Shown piece by piece: positions 59,191 through 64,000 of a stretch of DNA of 64,000 nucleotides. The notes under the pieces were generated by a model. That model searched no databases, was not told where the DNA came from, and saw nothing but the letters and a program-made list of their open reading frames with translations. Numbering within the stretch: position 1 is the stretch's first letter; every line of letters begins with the position of its first letter. The DNA lies in NCBI GenBank assembly GCA_964016885.1, contig OZ024749.1:43152001-43216000 (forward strand), in the 5' to 3' direction. Made by a program: the position numbers and the translations under genes. This stretch comes from Eledone cirrhosa (taxonomy: Eukaryota).

Positions 59191-60032
59191 GTAAGCTCTT
59201 AATTGATGTGGACACTTGCATCCTGACTATTATTGGGAGAAGGTTTACTTCCAGGAAAATTGGTTGAACAAAGATACTCCATCAATGTTCAAAATCATAT
59301 TCGGTCGTATGATATTCGAGCGGAAAGCTGTATTGACTTGCATTTAAACGTATCCACAAGCCACAAGCAATATTTCACATTTGCGAGCCTTTACACAGGA
59401 GTTCTATGTGCAGCTACAATAACAGAAATCGCTCGATGCATGTATATATATATATACGGATTTTGGACAGTAATATCTTTTTGATCTTGTTTTATCGGAA
59501 TCAATAGAGATGGTTTATGGATTCCACAATCTTTTACGGCTTGATCGTGGTGCTATGAAGACGTAACCAGGCAGCACGCTATTAGAATATAGATCCCATG
59601 CAATCTAATACAAGCGGGTCTTTATAGATTCAAGTTATGTAACATTTAGTTTGTAACCATGTATGATTATTATATGTACACACACATAAGCCCTCAATCA
59701 TTCTCCTGCTTACTCTTTCTCACCTATTTATATATATATATATGTGTGTATGTATGTCTATATGTATATATGTGTATTTATACATACAAACATATACATA
59801 TGTATATATACATATATACGTAACTATATACATTTATACATACATATATAGATATATTCATATATATATATATACATATACATATACTGTGTATATATAT
59901 ACATATACACATACATATATACATATAAATATGTATACATACATATATACATACATATATATATATATATACATGTATAAATACATAAATATGTACGTGA
60001 ATACATCCATATGTACATAAATAGATACATAA

Positions 60033-60068
<36 letters not shown>

Positions 60069-60444
60069 TTATGTATCTATACATTGTGCATATATACACA
60101 TCGTATGAATCTTTGTACATATTAATTTAAACAAATGTACATAAAGGCGTACGACACCCCATATTATATTATGCTGTATATTTCACAATCATACAAGATA
60201 ATGTCATAAACTGCCAGAGGTTGCAGATTTAAAGGGGACTGATACAGTTCCCTAAAAATCCGTACAAAACGAAAGGGTGTTACTATGAGATCAGCTAGGA
60301 AAACAAACTCATCTTCGGTGGACTTGGGTATGAAAATCTGAATGATGTTAACCAAATACTGCCAGGTACAGAATTGAATAGAAATATATCACCGTGATTG
60401 CAGATTCGAGCGATATCATATAGGTACATACATACATACATACA

Positions 60445-60852
60445 TGGTGGCTGCCAACTCGTTTTCGAGTACGGCCACAACTTTATATCCATGTAGGAGA
60501 ACCCCTACCGATGTGCTGAACGAGTGTGACTTTTTAGTCCAGCCAGCGACTTGAAAACTCTGGTACAAACACTACACTTGTGACAATTATTGACACATAG
60601 TGCTGGGCCCATGCTAACATGTGACGACAAGTGCAGAGATCTCCAGATATAAAGCAATGCCTGTGCCGTGAAGCTTTTATAGTGAGCAAAGGCACTGCAC
60701 AAAGCCAGTCCCACTCTCTTAACCAAGATGATATTTACCAAAAAGAAGAACATGTCAACATCATTGGATACCATCAGGGTTGCAGGTGTTATATCGGAGT
60801 TTTCCTTCTTCTAGAATTCTGCCTTGACAAAGGCTAAGGGGTCATCTCTCCC
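60445..60852 (-). mobile_element. Short internally deleted (bipartite) RTE-derived element within (ATGT)n
   Basis: 5' part has an RTE-5'UTR-like GAAGGAAAACTC motif; 3' part encodes C2H2 finger CSVCTRVFKSLAGLKSHTRSAH* followed by a short UTR and an (ATGT)n tail. Confidence 0.65.
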
Positions 60853-60927
60853 ACATACATACATACATACATACATACATACATACATACATACATACAT
60901 ACATACATACATACATACATACATACA

Positions 60928-60956
<29 letters not shown>

Positions 60957-60960
<4 letters not shown>

Positions 60961-61516
60961 GAAAGACGTAAAATAAGAAAATTATAAAAATTAACTTACT
61001 TACTAAAATTTCACTCCAACTAATTAGTTTCTGAAAGGGAATAAACATGGTTTCAGAATGGTACATGGAGAATACCTTTCGTCATCTGGAAGTCAATTCT
61101 CAGCTAAGTTCCCAGGCGATGCCTTGACACAGGGAACTTATACAAAAATAATTCAGTGGATGGAAAAAAGCAACTAAATTCCAGGACATTGAAAAGACCA
61201 CTGCCTACTTGGTCGGTGGCAAATTCAAAAGAATCAATCACGTGACATCGAGGTTAATCAGTGAGGAGTGGGGTGTTAATAAGACCTGGAATTTAGGCCT
61301 CGCTTGCTTTTTTCCATCCACTGAATTATTTTTGTATAAGTTCCCTGTGTCCACGCATCACCTGGGAACTTAGCTGAGAATTGACTTCCTGATGACGAAA
61401 GGTATTCTCCATGTTCCATCGGAAACCATGTTTATTCCCTTTCAGAAACTAATTAGTTGTGAAATTTTAGTAAGTAAGTTAATTTTTGTAATTTTCTTAT
61501 TTTACGTCTTTCATAT
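60957..61516. repeat. Large inverted repeat, arms of about 230 bp and a spacer of about 100 bp
   Basis: 60957-61185 is the near-reverse complement of 61285-61516. Confidence 0.9.
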
Positions 61517-62479
61517 AATTCTTCTGCATCCCCTTGCATTGAACCACAAAGTTAATAAGACAAAACCTATATATTTGCTAGCATAGGTATGCATCTGTAT
61601 ATATATATGTTGGTAGATATACTAATTCTTGATATATATATATATAAACAAATAGTAAAAAGGAAAATATTCCGTAGAAAATGGTGGACGGATTTTCTAC
61701 TAAATTTTATCCTTTTTACTATTTGTTCATAAATATCAACTCGTGTGTCACTTTTCTACATTCCATACACACTCACACATACACACACGTACACACACTC
61801 ACACACACACCCATATATATATATATATTTACATATATACACACAAATGCCAGCACACACACACACATATATATATGTATATATATATATTTACATACAT
61901 GTATACGTGCATACATGCACGCATAACTAACATACATACATGAATACATACATAACATTCATATACATACGCATATACGAGCGTGTCTTGTTAAAGTCAT
62001 GACAATTTCATGCTTCAATGTATTTATTACAACCCTGTTGTATTCTTCTATATAGCATCACCTCTATAGTTCGTTTATGACAAAGAAATCTCTTCCCAAG
62101 TCTATAAATTTAATCGACGTTTCTAAATTATCTCATTCGCATGATCGTGTCATTGGCTTATTGTTACAGCCTTTTTTTATTGTAAGCATATTTATTTTGT
62201 GAAGTTCATGCAGTTTTTGGATAGAGGGAGATAAGCAGAGAGATATTATTTTACAAATATCATATATCAACTTGTATTTAAAAAACAACATAATTTTTTT
62301 TTTTTCTATTTAAACGTGACATTAAGTTCGATTTTTTAATAAATACTTGCATTCATTTTTTATTTTAATTTCAGCAACAATTTTTTCTCATATTCAGATT
62401 TTTATTAATGAAGCTGACATTTAATATTATCCCGTTTATTATTCTCAAGAGCCGAAAATCGAAGCTGTTACCTCATGAA

Positions 62480-62860
62480 TAATTATTTCTACTTTTGGCT
62501 CAAGGCCAGCAATTATCTCACTACATTACTGGTACTTTATTTTATCGATCCCGTAAGGATGAAAGGAATTTGAACTCAGACCGTAAAGGACTGTAACTCT
62601 ATACTGCAAAGCATGGCGTCCGACCCTCTACCAATACTGCCAACCCATCACCATGTTGCCTCATGAATAATTGTTTCTACTTTTGGCACAAGGCCAGCAA
62701 TTATAATCCCAGTGCATTACTGGTACTTTATTTCATCGACCCCGTAAGGATGAAAGGCAAAGTTAACCTCGACGAGATTTGAACTCAGACCATAAAGGGC
62801 CGTAACTCTTTGCTACAAAGCATGGCGTGCGACCCTCTAGCGATACTGCCAATCCACCGC
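62480..62860 (-). mobile_element. Two tandem SINEs sharing the target ctcatgaataat
   Basis: Target sequence at 62472, 62660 and 62860. Confidence 0.9.
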
Positions 62861-63193
62861 TCATGAATAATATCAGCTAAACATATATACATATGTATTA
62901 ATTCTCTAGTTTTCAGCAACATCATATGGTGAGGAAATAGATATAGTCAGCATATCTACCAGTAACATAGTAATTGATTCAATACATATCTATTATGAAG
63001 AGTTAAATATGTTGAAACGTAGGCAAGTAGTTATACATATTTATATCTCTATTTCTTTCTACTATATTTGCTTCGTCCTACACACATAACAAAACCTACA
63101 TTTACATATATGTTAATAAGCACACTCGCATGTATTTCTGAATTTATGGACACGGACATACATACATTCATGCAAACATTCATACATACATAC

Positions 63194-63280
<87 letters not shown>

Positions 63281-63282
<2 letters not shown>

Positions 63283-63306
63283 CGAAGGAAATGTGGTAAG
63301 GAACCA
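63281..63306 (-). mobile_element. Family A 3'-terminal stub
   Basis: aacgaaggaaatgtggtaaggaacca next to (TA)n, identical to the 16531 terminus. Confidence 0.75.
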
Positions 63307-63395
63307 TGCGTTACACCCGGGAAACTTATACTAAATTGAAGTGAAAACCAACAGGTGCGTGTGTTTTTACTGGAAACATGACCCTCCGAAAGTAT

Positions 63396-63438
<43 letters not shown>

Positions 63439-64000
63439 GGTCTCCTCTCACATCAACAATTAAATTAAAAAGTCCGATTTATAAGACAAATTTTCTCACT
63501 ACCATGTATAAATGGAAATTAGGAAATTACATTTAATTATATTTTACGAGTCGGTTCTTTCCTCCTTAGTCTATGATGTACATTAGTTGAATTACTTTTT
63601 TTTTTTCATTTAATGCCAATTTTTCATTAACACTTCATAAAGATGTTCCTTTTAAAATTTGGTTTTTACATTCATTTCCCTCCTACTAAAATGTCATGTT
63701 TATATACTGAACGTTATCTCGTGTTTTCTCATATTTAATATGAGCTAGAATGTAAGACTCATGTACGGTTCATAATTAGATGATGATATGTAGTTTTATT
63801 TTACTTATCGTTTTAAATCATTTCCCATAAAAATATATTTTGGCAGTATTTCAGAGAACTTTTGCATGACTTAAACTTTGGCTCGTTTCCCCAGGCAAAT
63901 GCGTTCTTCAGTTTAATTTTGCAAATAATTGAAGTAAAAGTTGTACCAGAGTGAAGCAGCTAGTCTAGAAAGATTAGATATGTCACGAATAATCTTTTTC

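Noticed and set aside
60505-60590. Host C2H2 zinc-finger gene
   Set aside because: A single terminal finger followed by a short UTR and tandem-repeat tail fits an RTE LINE end better.

Overview
AT-rich, repeat-dominated eukaryotic non-coding DNA, most likely from an octopod cephalopod (inferred from the dominant tRNA-derived SINE and the extreme (TA)n/(CA)n load). I could not support any host protein-coding gene, and almost all ORFs in the track are microsatellite read-through. The window holds about 25 copies or fragments of one tRNA-headed SINE, RTE-clade LINE fragments, two hAT MITEs with 8-bp TSDs, two Tc1/mariner-type miniatures, structured minisatellites and a Penelope GIY-YIG C-terminal fragment. 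The main hidden signal is a dense set of type I hammerhead ribozymes. I count at least 8 foldable motifs from about 7 different sequence families, plus several half-ribozymes. They lie in short non-coding Penelope-pLTR-like modules that usually abut (TA)n tracts and carry fold-back inverted duplications, and several breakpoints fall at or next to the predicted self-cleavage site. All ribozyme folds were made by eye and have not been computed or tested.
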